Origin: Felis catus
Taxonomy: Eukaryota
Direction: 5' to 3'
Length of the DNA stretch: 64,000 bases
NCBI RefSeq assembly: GCF_018350175.1
Contig: NC_058368.1
Span: 8,680,001-8,744,000, forward strand
Shown here in pieces: positions 36,595 through 49,293 of the stretch. The notes under the pieces were generated by a model, which was given only the letters and a program-made list of their open reading frames with translations, made no database searches and was not told the origin of the DNA. The number at the start of each line of letters is the position of its first letter. The first letter of the stretch is position 1. A program made the position numbers and the translations under genes.

Positions 36595-38450
36595 CTGTTC
36601 ATATCAACATTTATTGGGCACCTTTGTGCCAGGCCCTGAAGATGCAAAAATGAATAAGTCATCATCCCTGCCTCTGAAGAATTCTTTTTTCTGCCCTGCA
36701 GAGTGGAGCCACAGAGGCCCCTGGGCAGAGAGAGCATCAAGGGGGGGTGACAGCAGCAAATGTGGCATAGAGACCCAAGAGGATGAACACAGACGTGTCT
36801 CCTGAGTATGGGGATGTGGAGACTGTTGATTGCTTACGTTTTCAGAGCTTTGGACACATGGGAAACCACCAGGCTGTGATTGGTAGGAGCAGAAGTAGGG
36901 GCCACTCTTTCAAGAGATTTAACAACTAAAGCCTTGAAGTCTCAACATCAAGGAAAGATGTTCTTTTCAATAAACCAGACTTGAGAATATTTATAAGCTT
37001 GGGGCAGGAAGCCAGGGAAGGAAGCGTGCTGACCATACAAGAGTGAGGAACGAACCAGAGGTTGTCAGCTGTGGCTGCTTATTGGAACCACCTGGGCTGG
37101 GGGAGGTAGGGAGGATGCTGCTTAAGAAAAACATAAACTCACATTCAGCTGGTCTGGTAGTAGGGCTCAGACATCCATAAAATTTTTATAGCTCCCGAGG
37201 TGATCCTAATTTACAGCAGGGTTGAAAAGCCCTGGGATGATTGATGGAATGCTATTCTAAAGGAGGTGGTAGCGGTTGGGATTAATAACAATGTGGACAG
37301 TTTGGCCTTGATTCCAAGAAAGGGTTTCTGAATCTCTGAGACCAGAGTTGAGGATGGGTGTAGTCACAGACAGGTTTACACTTGCTGAAGTCCTACGTGC
37401 CTGCTTACCTCAACTTCCCAATTGAAGGGTGAGTCTCATAGCACGATGAGGGTTGTTGAGGTTAGATGGCTTGAGGAAAGAGGCAAAACTTTGGAATACA
37501 TGCTGAAGGCGGTGGATGGGCAGATGACCAGTGCTGACAGCCCTCCTATAGTCGGAGACACACAGTGTTAATGCGGCTGTAATAAAGATACAGACATGGA
37601 CGGGCCATTTCCTCCGGCAGCCTAAGAGCAGAAAGGGAGAATCACATTCATGATCTAGGGCCGGATTTTGCCGAGGAGGGGCTCAGTGACGATGGGATGG
37701 TGGAGCAGAAGGCCCTCCCGATGGAACAGTTCTTGTTTTCAGCCACGGATTCTAGGATAAGCAGAGAAGCCAGTAAAAATGGGAAGAGGCTGATTGCGCG
37801 AAAATGTAAGCGTAGGGAGACTGAATGGGACCCTGAGATTCCATTGAAACTCTTGCGAGGTTAGGGGCAGGAAAAAGTCGGAAGGGTGGAAATTTGTGGG
37901 TGTAGGATATTGGGATTTATGGAATCTGATATGGATTAGCTCCAGGGTGTGGTGCTTGACTGTGGTGAAGTTGAATGAGGTGGATTAAAAGTAAAAGTCA
38001 GTGGGATTAGAGATGGAAAGGAACTACTAGGTTAGAGTATTGGGTGTATTATTCATTTGGAGATTGAAACATCCTGTTAAGGGCTTCATTTGGGATTAAA
38101 AGATGAGCCAGATGCCAATGTTCTGATGAATAAGCGGGAACAGTCATCGTAGTGGGACAGGATTATTGGGACAAGGAAAGGTGGCCCCTCAGTCATGAGC
38201 CTCAGGTGAGGAGAGAATTTATAGGACGTCGGTGGTGGTTAGGTTGGAATGAGGACAGCAGAGATGACGAATCTGTGTTCCAGCTCCACTCCCTAGAGTC
38301 TGGGCGCAGAAGAGTAGGCACTTAGGTGGAGAAGGCTGCAGGGAAAAAGGAATCCTTGGAAGAGATCAGTTTGGGGTAAGCAAAGTGTGTTCTAAGCAGA
38401 GCTGGTGCGGAAGGGAAGTGTTTCTCAAAGCTTGGCCTTGAGTAACCGCC
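36595..38450 (-). mobile_element. Long degraded L2, with a MER5 inserted
   Basis: L2 3' motif tcaacattttattgggcacctttgtgccaggccctg..aatgaataag followed by purine-rich L2-like sequence; distal boundary uncertain. Confidence 0.55.
37056..37234. mobile_element. MER5A/B hAT MITE
   Basis: cagaggttgtcagctgtggctgc..ttggaaccacctggg...gctcccgaggtgatcctaat..agggttgaaaagccctg. Confidence 0.75.
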
Positions 38451-38596
38451 GACTGCGTTAGGTCACAGGGACTCTCAACTGTGAGAACTTGATCCCTGTG
38501 TCAGTTCTCCTTCTGTCCTTATCATTAATCAAGGAGAAAGTCCTCATTTCTGCTGCCATTCTCTAAAGACCCCTGTAACACTTGATAATCTTTTCA

Positions 38597-38600
<4 letters not shown>

Positions 38601-38646
<46 letters not shown>
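38601..38646. repeat. (GA)n(GCGA)n microsatellite
   Basis: Directly visible. Confidence 0.95.
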
Positions 38647-39021
38647 CCTCAGGCATAGAGCTCGATTTTAATATAGTCTTATTAGCATTTCCCTGAGCAG
38701 TTACCTTCTATTTATGGAAAACGATAGTGGTATGCTTATGTGGTGATCTAAGATCCATTATAACAATGTATTTAAGTTCTTAAAACATGAGTTTTTTGAA
38801 TATTCAGTAAATAATAGTGCAGCAAAGAGAGGTGGTACAGGAATGACCGAGATTTTGCAAGTATTGACCCAGTGGGTGGTTGACAGAGGACAAGGTGCAG
38901 GGAAGGGTCTGGTAGGCGGGGACATATGGCGGAACGCAAGGCTGAGAATGGAAACTGGGAAGAGAAAGGACCGACCTGGGAGTGCCCTGAGACTAGCATT
39001 GCTTGGCCCTAGGTCCTTTAG

Positions 39022-39123
39022 GTCCTCCAGCATCCCCCAAAAGAGAGTCTCCGGAGCCAGAAGCCCCCAGAGCTCTGTCAACTCCAGTCTCACACTGCAC
39101 ACTCCTTGGGACCCAGGGACAAG
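39022..39123 (+). other. Candidate unannotated cassette exon (102 nt, phase 1-1)
   Basis: tttAG acceptor, AAG|GTAAGA donor, open frame PPASPKRESPEPEAPRALSTPVSHCTLLGTQGQ in MTUS2 phase; no expression evidence. Confidence 0.35.
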
Positions 39124-40017
39124 GTAAGAGCCAGCTAATCCGGGACTTCTCCAGGCTGTGCCGCCAAGCAGTGAGCGAGCATCTCTTGTGTTCTCTTAAG
39201 AGAGAGAGAACCACAGGCATAACCACGCTGAACCCACCCAGCACCTGGCCATGGCTTTCTTCCCTCCCAACACTCATTTCATCAGGAACAAGTTTCTGAG
39301 TGAGTGTTGCTGAAGGGCCCTTGGGTGAAATTGGGCAAGAGCAATGGTGAGGTTTTTACAGAAACGGAGAGGGGAAAACAGGTGGCAAAATAGTATTCTA
39401 CACAGTGGAAGGGGAAAAAATGTTTACGTAGAAACGCTTGGAGTACGTTGTGGGACATTGGCTCTTGCCCAGGGCGCATTGTATTCCGTCACCAAAATCC
39501 CAGAGAATTTGGTTGGGTGATGTCGAACAGGAGAGTCAGTGAGCTTCCCTACCCGCACGCCTACCTCATGGCCTCAGAACAGTGCTGTTGATGACAGCTG
39601 TTCGGAACAATATGCTTCTCATTTACTCGAAAAATGAAGAGTTGTCCCATTGTTTTCATCCATCTTTGGAAATCGTGCAGCCATTTTCTCTTTCCCGCAT
39701 TGGCTGAACTTTGCATCCAAATCATCGTGAGCCTCTCGCTGGGATCCACTCCCCAGGGAGGCAATGCAACCGGCTAGAGGGAGGGCATGGTGTTCAGTAA
39801 TGTGGAGGCTCTCTCTTTTCTCTCCTCCCGCTCCCTTCCCGAGGGCAGGGAATGATGGTGGTTTTCAGAAATTGTAGTTTACATTTCGTTTGACTATGTC
39901 TTCCTAGTTTAAAAAACTATTGGTCAGCGTTGGCCTCGCTAGTCTCCAGATGAACAAGTTGGAGATGATGTTGGAAAATTTCTTAGTGAAAGAAATTCTA
40001 ATACCAAGAAATTCTAA

Positions 40018-40234
40018 TTTTTTTAAATGTTTTTTTAAGTTTATTTATTTTAGAGAGAGAGAGAGCGCACAAGCAGGGGAAGGGCACAGAGAAAGAGGGA
40101 GACACAGAATCTGAAGCAGGCTTTAGGCTCTGAGCTGTCAGCACAGCCCGATGCAGGGCTCAAACCCACGAACTGTGAGATCATGACCTGAGCCAAAGTT
40201 GGATGCTCAACCAACTGAGCCACCCAGGCGCCCC
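40018..40234 (-). mobile_element. SINEC_Fc-type SINE
   Basis: Antisense body ending ccaggcgcccc; short TSD tctaatt. Confidence 0.93.
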
Positions 40235-40744
40235 CTCTAATTGTTTTATTGTCCATGAATTCCAGTTTCACACCTACTTGTGAAAAAAAAAAATCCTCAG
40301 TGCTGAGATGTGAGAGCCCTATAGACCTAGCAGACGGTCTGTGTGGACCCAGCTTTAATCTCCAGGGCAGCACAGATAATGTCAGTGTATGTCTCACGGT
40401 GTGTGTTCATCAGACATGCGGTCACGGATTCTCTTGAACTTCATGAGATGCTCCCTCTTTTCACTGACCATTCTAAGTGGAAAGGAAAAAGAAGAAAGTG
40501 ACTAGATGGTGATTTATAATTTAAAGGTGTGTGTGAGGCTGTGTCAGAAATTGCAGAGAGAACACCAGATCTTTCGGCCCAGTTAGTACGAACCACACGA
40601 TTCGGCATAAAATTAACACCCAAGCTCTGCACTTAACTCGGGTGAGTCTCTTAATATCACTCAGCCTTGGCTTTCTCACCTGTGAAACTGGGATAATGAC
40701 GCCTACCATCTGGGGTGTTCTGAGGCTTTTTGGTTTGCTTGTAT

Positions 40745-40920
40745 GTTTTTAATTGCAAAATATGCATAACAAAAAACTTACCAGTGTAGCCATTTTTAAA
40801 TGTACAGTTCAGTAAAATTAATTATATTCATACTGTTCTACAACCATCACCACCATCCATCTCCAGAACTTTTTCATCTTCCAGAGCTGAAACTCTGTCC
40901 TCATTAAACCCTAACCCCAC
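40745..40920 (-). mobile_element. L1MB-type 3' end
   Basis: ccatttttaaatgtacagttcagt..caaccatcaccaccatccatctccagaactttttcatcttcc..ctgaaactctg. Confidence 0.8.
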
Positions 40921-41114
40921 CCCTTTGCACATGCTCCCCTATCTGCCTGAATGCTTCACACCCTATTCACTTAGCTAACCTCATACCTCACATTTCAATG
41001 TAAATGTGGCTCTTGCAGAGTCTTTCCAGACCTTCCCCACCCCCAGATTAGGCTAGAATTTATAGTTACTCTTTTCCAAAATCTCTTGTAATTTTACTCC
41101 ATAGGCTTTACCAT

Positions 41115-41650
41115 TTCATTCATCCATTCAAGAGATATTTAACAGATGTCTTCTATGAGCCAGGCCAGGTTCTAGGTGCTTGAGATGTATCAGTGAGCAA
41201 AATAGACAACATCCCTGCAGACTTACATTCTAATAGGATGAGCCCCACCCCACCCCCAAATAAGTAAATAAACATATAAACCCAGAAATGCTATCACCTG
41301 TTGGAAGGCGAGCCAGGCTCTAGAAAAGAAACAGAGCACATAGGGAATTTGGGTGGAGACAAAGTTGGGGGGGGGGGGGTTGGGTTGTAATTGTGTCGAC
41401 CTGGGAGTAATTTCAAGCGTTATTGTATGTGTAATGTCTTCCTTGCTGCATGTTTGGTTCCCCCGAGTCTTGTATTCTGTGGTCTTCCCCAGGCACAGAG
41501 GAGGGTCTATGGAATGAGATGAACGAGGGAGCGAATGAATGAGTAAACAAACAGCAAACATGAAGCCAGAGATAGAATGGCTTGGACCCAGGCCCGGACT
41601 GTGGGATGGAAGGGAAGAACGGATTCGGGAACTATGTTATGCAGGAACAG
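41115..41650 (-). mobile_element. L2 3' fragment
   Basis: ttcattcatccattcaagagatattta..ccaggccaggttctaggtgcttgagat..gacttacattcta. Confidence 0.7.
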
Positions 41651-43149
41651 GCAGAAGTATTTGGCAGTCCGGTTGACTTGACGTGCTGTGGTTAAGTCTT
41701 GGTGGCACTGAGGGTTCCTCTCTGGAAGACTGGGGCCACGTGCCCACTGGCTGCTGCTTTGGGGAAGCTAGACACGTCGAAAGTGCTTAGCCTTCTCCGC
41801 ATTTCGTTAGCAGGGGCAGTGGGATTTTCCTTCTGAGAAGAATTTTCCAGTCCCACTCCGGTTTGAAAGTAAGTGCCTCTTACCTCTTCTAAACGTCCAA
41901 TCCATTTAGCTTTCTGCGTTTGCACCAGTGATTCCTTCCCTGTGACAAGAAAATAGAGGAGCACTTCGCGGAATATGAAAACACTGCCAGCTCGTATTAC
42001 CGCCACGTCCCCTCACTCTGCCATGTTTTCAACTTTTTGTACCGTTGATCCCGAAACATAAAACTGCCCGCTGAGCCAAGAGTCAAACCATGTAATCACA
42101 GGCTACTTGTTTTCCTCTTGCTTCCTCTCTCCCCTGTTCAGGGGTTTTAAAGTTATAATACCCATGGCCCATGCCTCCACTTGAAAAGTTGTGGGGTTTT
42201 TTTCCCACAAAATTGCTTACTTGAATTAAATATGGTCTTTGCTTTTTTTTTCCCCCCTGTGAGATGCCAAGTTCTGAGTATCCCCTAGCTTACCAGCGAA
42301 ATGATTTCTGTTCCCTGTGTACCCTTGCATCGGCATTAAGCTGTTCCCAGGTGAATATATTCTGAATTTAACCACCATAATTACACACATAGCTGGAGGC
42401 ACATGTAAGCAGAACCGGTAAAGGGAACCACGTCTCTGGAGCCGAGTGGAGACAGAAGGGACAAGGGACCGGGTGAGGCAAGGATAGGGGATAAGCCCCC
42501 CCCCCCCCCCCCCGCGGCCTTTGTTTGGGGGATTAATCCTGGGGCTTTTTCATTTCCGACAAGATTAAGTCAGGATTTCCTTCCTCTGTTAGATGACTTT
42601 TATTAGGATTGCCTGCAGCCCCCCTCCGGTCCATCTGTCAAACTGTCATCCCAGAATTGGAATTCTGACTGTTTCCACACATGGGTAAAAAAGAACGCAC
42701 CCATATTCATCATTGGTTCTAAATTTCTTCTGGCTCATTTGACGACATGGTTCTGTGATGGCTATACACTTTGTCTAGAAGATCAGATCAAAGGCCAAGT
42801 GACACTGTAAGAAATTCAAGACATCTCTAAGGACCACATTTTAAAAATCCTAGGATTTACCCTTTGGGATCTGAAGAAGACAGAGGAGCACAGGTCCACG
42901 ATGTGTGGAATCACAACTGCTGTCTGGGAGGCAGAGCATCTGTTAGCTGTCAGCCTGAGCCCAGAGCCAGAGGCAGGAGAGGAGGAGAACTCCAGGTGCG
43001 GGCAGTGATAGCTGGATGGAGAACCCATAGCTACCAGGCCCAGCCACCTTCAGTTTCTGTGCAGGCTGTGTTGAACTGTTCAAAGAACTGGGACTTTGGG
43101 GTCAGACAGACCTGAACGTGAATGCTAAATCTGCATATATGGCCTTTGT

Positions 43150-43367
43150 TGTTTTTTTTTATTTATTTTTGAGAGAGAGAGAGAGAGAGACAGAGCACAA
43201 GCAGGGGAGAGGCAGAGAGGGGGAATCACAGAATCCGAAGCAGGCTCCAGGCTCTGAGCTGTCAGCATAGAGCCTGATGCAGGGCTCGAACCCACAGACT
43301 GTAGACTGTGAGATCACAACCTGAGCCAAAGTCAGACGCTTAACCGACTGAGCCACCCAGGAGCCCC
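43150..43367 (-). mobile_element. SINEC_Fc-type SINE inserted in a MIR (~43080-43500)
   Basis: Antisense SINE body flanked by MIR halves (gactttggggtcagacagacctg / ccttagtttctc..gcaaaatg). Confidence 0.9.
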
Positions 43368-45417
43368 CACATTTATTGCCTTTGTAATGTGACGTGGTTC
43401 AAACTACCCAGCCTTAGTTTCTCTTTTTGCAAAATGAACAGATGACGTGTTGAGTTTATCCATGTAGGTGCTTAATAAGAGTGTGTGACAGGCATTAGCC
43501 CTTCAGTTAATATTGGCTCCTGTTTCTTCCAGGCTTTGGTGGCTGGGCAGTGACAGGCCTTCTCTTGGAAGGGGACTGGAGCATTAGCATAGTATCAAGC
43601 CATAAATCGGAAACGAAATGTTCTTGTTGGGTGTCCCAGCTGTGTACAGAGTTTATCAAGGTGGTAGTCAGGGGCAGTGAACAAGGGAGAGCCGAGTGAT
43701 AGTAGGGCTGTGTCTTTGTGTCTGCCAGACAGCCACTCTGGAGCAGGAATCTGGTGGCCAACACTGGGACGTCTGGTCCTGAGCCAGCTTCCCTGGGAGG
43801 CACAGTGGTCGGTATTGAGGCATTGAAGAGGACCTTGGTGCCGGCTCTCGAAGGAGGAGGTCGGTGAGCCTGAGCCCCAGCGCTGACGGCTCAGGATAGG
43901 AGGGACTGCCGCGAGGGCCACCGCTGGGCCTGGACAGGGGGTGAAGAAGGAAGTACCTTTTATTGTCACCATTATATTTTCCTTACCGAGGTCTTTTTCA
44001 GATCTGTACTCGTATGTGGCTCTGAGAATGTCTTGAACAGAATAGACCGGTATTTCATTTGCTAAAACCAGAGAAGGAAAGAAAGAGAAGACTGAATTCC
44101 GGTGTTTCAAAATGTGTGACACTTTGCAAAAAACAAACAGTACCTCCACTGTGGAGGGACATGTAGGTCATTTGTGATTGCCATGATCTGCTCCAGTCTT
44201 AATCGATTCTAAATTGGCTTTGTCTATAGCGAAATGAACTTTCCTCACACTCACTCAGGATCCTATCGCGACTTAGTGTCGGTCCAAATCAGGGCTCCTG
44301 AGCACATGGTAGCCCATTAAAGACTTATGCCAGCCGGTATTTTCAGACCAGTGATCCTACTTCCACATCTCTCACCTGCTTCTAAACGTTTCCTCCCTGA
44401 AGTTGCCTTCTTCCCATGAGGCTCTCGATCATTATTCCAGAACAGTTGACGTACCCTAGTAGTATTTACAATGGGTGTTACTTCACTGTGACCCTGGGCC
44501 CATCTCGCTGATGTACTGAAACAGCTACAGGTTAGCTTCTTGCCTCTGGTCTTGTCCCGGTCAAACCCGTGTTCTGGCTCCACTACTGTGGTGATCTTTC
44601 CAAAAATGAACACCCGACCATGTCATTCCTTTGATGAAACCCTTCGGTGGCTTTCTGTTGTCAAACTCCTTACCACTACCATGTAGCAAGTCCAAGTGTA
44701 GATAGGTGTGCAGAGGGCTTTAGTACGTCAGAGCAAGTTGGTAGGACCATTGTCTGCAGCCTGCCCAGAATGCTTTACTACAGTTGTAATGCCCGAGCTG
44801 CGTTTTCAAGAATGAAGCAGAGTTCACCTGGTGGGAGGGAGTGGGAAAGGCATTCTGGATAGAAAGAACCACTTATTTCAAGGCAACAAGGCCAAACAAC
44901 AACCCAGCATGGCATATTCACAGCATGATAACTAGTCCAGTGTTGTTGGGCCATAAGATGCAAGGAGGGGGTGGCCCTTGAACTCCTGAGGAGCTTGGAT
45001 TTTACTTTATAAGAGGTGACGAATCATTGAATGGTTGGAAACTGGGGAATGGTTAGCTTTGTGTTTTACAACGAGGAGGATGGCAAAGAGACTGGAAGAG
45101 AGAAAGAAGGTAGCCTTCACTGGATATCTGCTGTGTGTCAGGAAGTCTGCTAGATGCATTATCTAGATTATTTAAGTTTGTGCTAGAACCCGTTTTACAG
45201 ATGAGGAAACTTACGTTCGGAAAGATTGAGACGTTTCTCTGAGACTGTCTGGTCTATGTGTGCTCTCTACTAGGATTGCCAGCTTCAGGGGGTCAGCGTT
45301 GCCTCCCCAAGTCCACGTGGGGCACCGTGGCTGAGGTGGTCCTGCTCTGTCCCTGCCTCTTCTCCTGAGGCCACCTCCACTCTGTAGCAGGCTGGACCAG
45401 CTGATACACTAGTAGTC

Positions 45418-45693
45418 TGTAGGGGTTTGCCTGTTGCCACCTTACCACCAACCTACCCGCTTAAAAAAAATACCTACTTATTAGCTCTCATATGACAGAG
45501 TAGTTCTCTGCTCAAGGTCTCAAAGACTGAAATCAAAGTGTCCAGGGGCACCTGGGTGGTGGCTCAGTCACTTGAGCATCCAACCTCGGCTCAGGTCATG
45601 ATCCCACAGTTCGTGAGTTCAAGCCTGCCCTGGGGCTCACGGCTATCACTGCAGAGCCTGCTTCGGATCCTCTGTCTGCCACGCCCCCCCCCA

Positions 45694-45729
<36 letters not shown>

Positions 45730-46235
45730 AAAAATAAATAAACACTAAAAAATATTTTTTAAAAAAAGTATGCAGAGAGCTGAGTTCTCATCTCCCAGCT
45801 CTGGCAAAGAATCCACTTCCCAACTCATGCAATTGTTGACAGAACTTACTTCTTTGCAGGTATAGGACTAAGGTCCCCCTGTTCTTGCCAGCTCTCAGTC
45901 AGGAACTACTCTCAGCAACCAGAGTCTGCCCTCATTCCTCGCTACAGGTTCACTCCACCTCCAAGCCATCAACGATGTATTGAGCCCTTGTCATGCTTTG
46001 AGTCTCTGACTTTTTCTTCTGCCTCCAGCTGGAGAAAACACTGTGCTTTTAAAGGGCTCGTGTGATTAGGTCGGGCGCACCGAGATGATCTCCATTTCCT
46101 AATGGCAAATGTGCCATATAACATAACCTAGTCATGAGAGTAGAATCTATCACATTCACCATCCTGGGGATTATGCAGGGAAGGCACTCCAGGGACCAGA
46201 GGTCTTGAGAAACGTCTTAGAATCCTGCTCACCAT
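45418..46235. mobile_element. MLT1D/E-like MaLR LTR, interrupted by a SINE
   Basis: gactgaaatcaaagtgtc / agaatccacttcccaactcat..ttgacagaa / gcttttaaagggctcgtgtgattagg / tcttagaatcctgc. Confidence 0.75.
45545..45768 (+). mobile_element. Can-SINE
   Basis: ggggcacctgggtggtggctcagtc head, (CT)n, aaataaataaac tail. Confidence 0.92.
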
Positions 46236-47929
46236 GAACACCTTGATTAAATCTGTGGTCAGAATTTGCCACTATTTAAAAAACAAAAAAATGGAGTGGC
46301 CCAGGGTTTTGTCCCTATCTGCTGTCTAGCACTTCCCCAGAAGCCTCCTTAGGGAAGGAGACCTTGACAGGTGTTGAATTTCATAAATATTTTAGGGAAC
46401 AATTTATTCCATATCTGGCTTACGCCCCAAGGCTGCAGACTGGCCCATCCTTTCCTTTCTGAATGCACAGCCTATGGTGTCTTACCATTCAGGCTGGAAA
46501 ACAAAGAAGGTTCCAGCCATTATTCCCCATACCTACCTGGCCCACGGCTACTGACCCTTAATTAAGGTGAAGCTTTCTCAGGATTCTGTTTTCTTCAGCT
46601 GTACGTTATGACTAATGAAGAATCCAGCTTTTACTATTGGTTAAAATGTTTCCTCTTATAAACTTTAATTTATGAACTTTAAGCTCCATGAATAGTATTT
46701 ATACTTGGTCTTCTATTTACAAACATTCTTCGGTTTTCTAGATCTTTTTTTAACCACAAAAACAAAAAGTTTAAGGGAACTCATCAGCTGGTCCTTGCTC
46801 GGTTGGGGGCTGACATGGAGAGAAGGCATGATTGTGTGCTGACAGCGGGGCCCAGCGCAGATGGTGGGATGCCCAGCCCCCCAGAGATGCAGGGAGACCC
46901 TGGGTGTTTGTCTGTGCCTGGTGGGCACCCTCACCATTCTGTAGCACAAGACTGTTGTGCTACAACACAGTAGCACAAGTCCTCTGTTGGAGGACCCAAA
47001 GAGGGGGATAGGAGTATGCACAAGAGTTGAAGCTCATGGGGGCACAAGCTGGGTGTCAGAGATTCCTAAATTCCAGAAAGCAAGAGACAGGCCTGGCTTC
47101 CCTGCCTCGGGGTCTAGTGTGGAGGCTGCTGGCACCTTCCACAAGGGATTTCCCTGTGGAAAGTGGCCAACTTAAATCTTTGCTTGCATCTCACAAGATT
47201 TGAAGGCTTTAAAGGGGTTATAAAGTACGTTTATTAGGTTGTTTATGATAATTTGCAAAAACAGTTTGAATGATGTTTGCTTGAATGATCTTATGATAAG
47301 TTTTTAAATAGCGGAGATTTTTTTGGCATGAATGATGAATGATGGTGGGGACAGCAGGAACCAGACATAACTTAACCCATAAAAAAGAATGGAACTAGGA
47401 CTCTTTCAACTTTTGAAATTTTGTATTAGAAAAGACTTTCAGGAAGAGGATTGTGTTCCTAAACTAAGGAATGAGCATAATGTTTTTCAGAACCATGGAG
47501 AGGGGAGTCTGCCATTTATTTAGTGCTTACGGTGCACGAGATATGATACACATGGTCTGATGGTCCCAGTGGTGGTTGTTCCTCTGAGGTTACAAAGGAG
47601 GACACAGATGAAAAAAGGTAATGGCTGACTCAGGACTGCCATGTTCTCAATGCTGTAGCAGCACCTCCCCCAGGGTTCAGTGACCGTGGTCCCCTTTCAT
47701 CCAAGGCAATGGCCAGAAACACACAGGCAGCCGTAGGAAAGAAAAAGAGAACTCTCTTTCTTTTGTTTTGTTCTGTAAGTCCAGCAATTTTAGTGCTTTC
47801 AAAAGTGTTTATTTCTTAGTGGGATTCTTATAAGGAGTGACGTCCTCTCTGTTCAATAACCATGATGATTTAAACTCCTCAAAGAGCATCACCATTTGTC
47901 TCCTATTGGGGTTTCCCCCATGCAATTTC

Positions 47930-48154
47930 TTTTTTTAAAAAAATACTTTTTAAAAAATATTTGTTTATTTTTGGGAGAGATAGAGTGTGGACAGGGGAGG
48001 GACAGAGAGAGAGAGAGAGAGGGGAACAGAATCTGAAGCAGGCTCCAGGCTCTGAGCTGTCAGCACAGAGCCCAACGTGGGGCTTGAACCCACAAACCGC
48101 AAGATCATGACCTGAGCTGAAGTCAGATGCTTAACTGAGCCACCCAGGTGCCCC
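47930..48154 (-). mobile_element. SINEC_Fc-type SINE
   Basis: Antisense body ending ccaggtgcccc. Confidence 0.92.
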
Positions 48155-48164
48155 CAAGAAAATA

Positions 48165-48342
48165 AATTTTTTAAGTTTTTTAATTTATTTTGATAGAGAG
48201 AGAGCATGACCGGGGGGTGGGGGGGGGGAGGGCAGAGAGAGAGGAGAGAGAGAGAACTCCAAGCACGTTCCATGTGCAGAGCCTGATGTGGGCCTCAAAC
48301 CCATGAACCATGAGATCATGGCATGACCTGAAATCAAGATTA
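48165..48342 (-). mobile_element. Older Can-SINE lacking its 5' head
   Basis: Antisense body stops at gacctgaaatcaaga. Confidence 0.82.
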
Positions 48343-48543
48343 AAATACTCTTAAATATCAAAGACAGTGTATTCATACAGTTCTCATTGGCCTAAAGGGT
48401 TAACCAAAAATTTCCAATCAAAAATTATTAAAGAATTAGCTATCACGCTAACCCAGCAGGATTTTAGATATTACTAATTTCGTCTTCCACCAAGACAGGT
48501 AAGTAGTATATTTTGCCTAAATGTCTTAGTCTTTCAGCTAGAG

Positions 48544-48760
48544 CAGTGGTTCTCAACTGGAGATGGTTTTTGTCCCTGGAGGATATTTGGCAATGTCTGC
48601 AGACATTTTTTGATTGTCACAGTACAGGGATGGGCAGGGAGAGATAGTGCTATTGGATCCAGTGGGTAGAGACCAGGGATATTGCTAAGCATCCTACAAT
48701 GAATGCACAGCAAAGACTCCCCTGGTCTAAGATGTGGACAGTTCTGTTGAAAACTCTGGG
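48544..48760 (+). mobile_element. MER20 hAT MITE
   Basis: cagtggttctcaactgg..atttggcaatgtctgcagacattttttgattgtcac..ccagtgggtagagaccagggatattgctaagcatcctacaatg. Confidence 0.9.
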
Positions 48761-49046
48761 CTAAACAGAAAGTGCCCTGAAGTTGTTGAGAGACACAACC
48801 GGCATGTTGAAAGAGGGGAAAAAAAGGAAGATGGCTATCCTCACGGACCCTGAAGGGAGAGAGGGAGTTTTCTAGCTCCAAGGAGGAGGGAGAAAATTCT
48901 TGGAGTCCAGGTGTTGAATATTATGGTGCTTGCCAACACACCTCCTTAAAGCCACTCTGCTGTTCATTTCCCAAGAGGCTCTTCAGTTACTTCTCCCTGA
49001 AAGGTTTCATATTCCCCAGATGCTACTAGGTAGAAATGGTTCTTTT

Positions 49047-49215
49047 GGGGGCGCCTGGGTGGCTCAGTCGGTTAAGCTTCCGACTTCAGCTCAGGTCACG
49101 ATCTCGCGGTCCGTGAGTTCGAGCCCCACGTCGGGCTCTGGGCTGATGGCTCGGAGCCTGGAGCCTGTTTCCAATTCTGTGTCTCCCCCTCTCTCTGCCC
49201 CTCCCCCATTCACGT

Positions 49216-49260
<45 letters not shown>

Positions 49261-49293
49261 AATAAATAAACGTTAAAAAAAAATTTAAAAAAA
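49047..49293 (+). mobile_element. Young SINEC_Fc SINE with TSD
   Basis: TSD agaaatggttcttttg; CpG-rich body. Confidence 0.96.

Noticed and set aside
38843..39127. 94-aa ATG ORF overlapping the candidate cassette exon
   Set aside because: Different frame from MTUS2 at the 39123 donor; no recognisable homology.
42496..42513. Long C/G homopolymers (also ~19784, ~29128, ~41367)
   Set aside because: Simple mononucleotide runs, prone to slippage and sequencing error; no further structure.
43869..43895. GC-rich hairpin CCTGAGCC...GGCTCAGG
   Set aside because: An 8-bp stem is too short for a pre-miRNA and is expected by chance.
43595..44149. Longest non-repeat ORF (184 aa, minus strand)
   Set aside because: Non-ATG start, no recognisable domain, antisense within an intron; consistent with chance.
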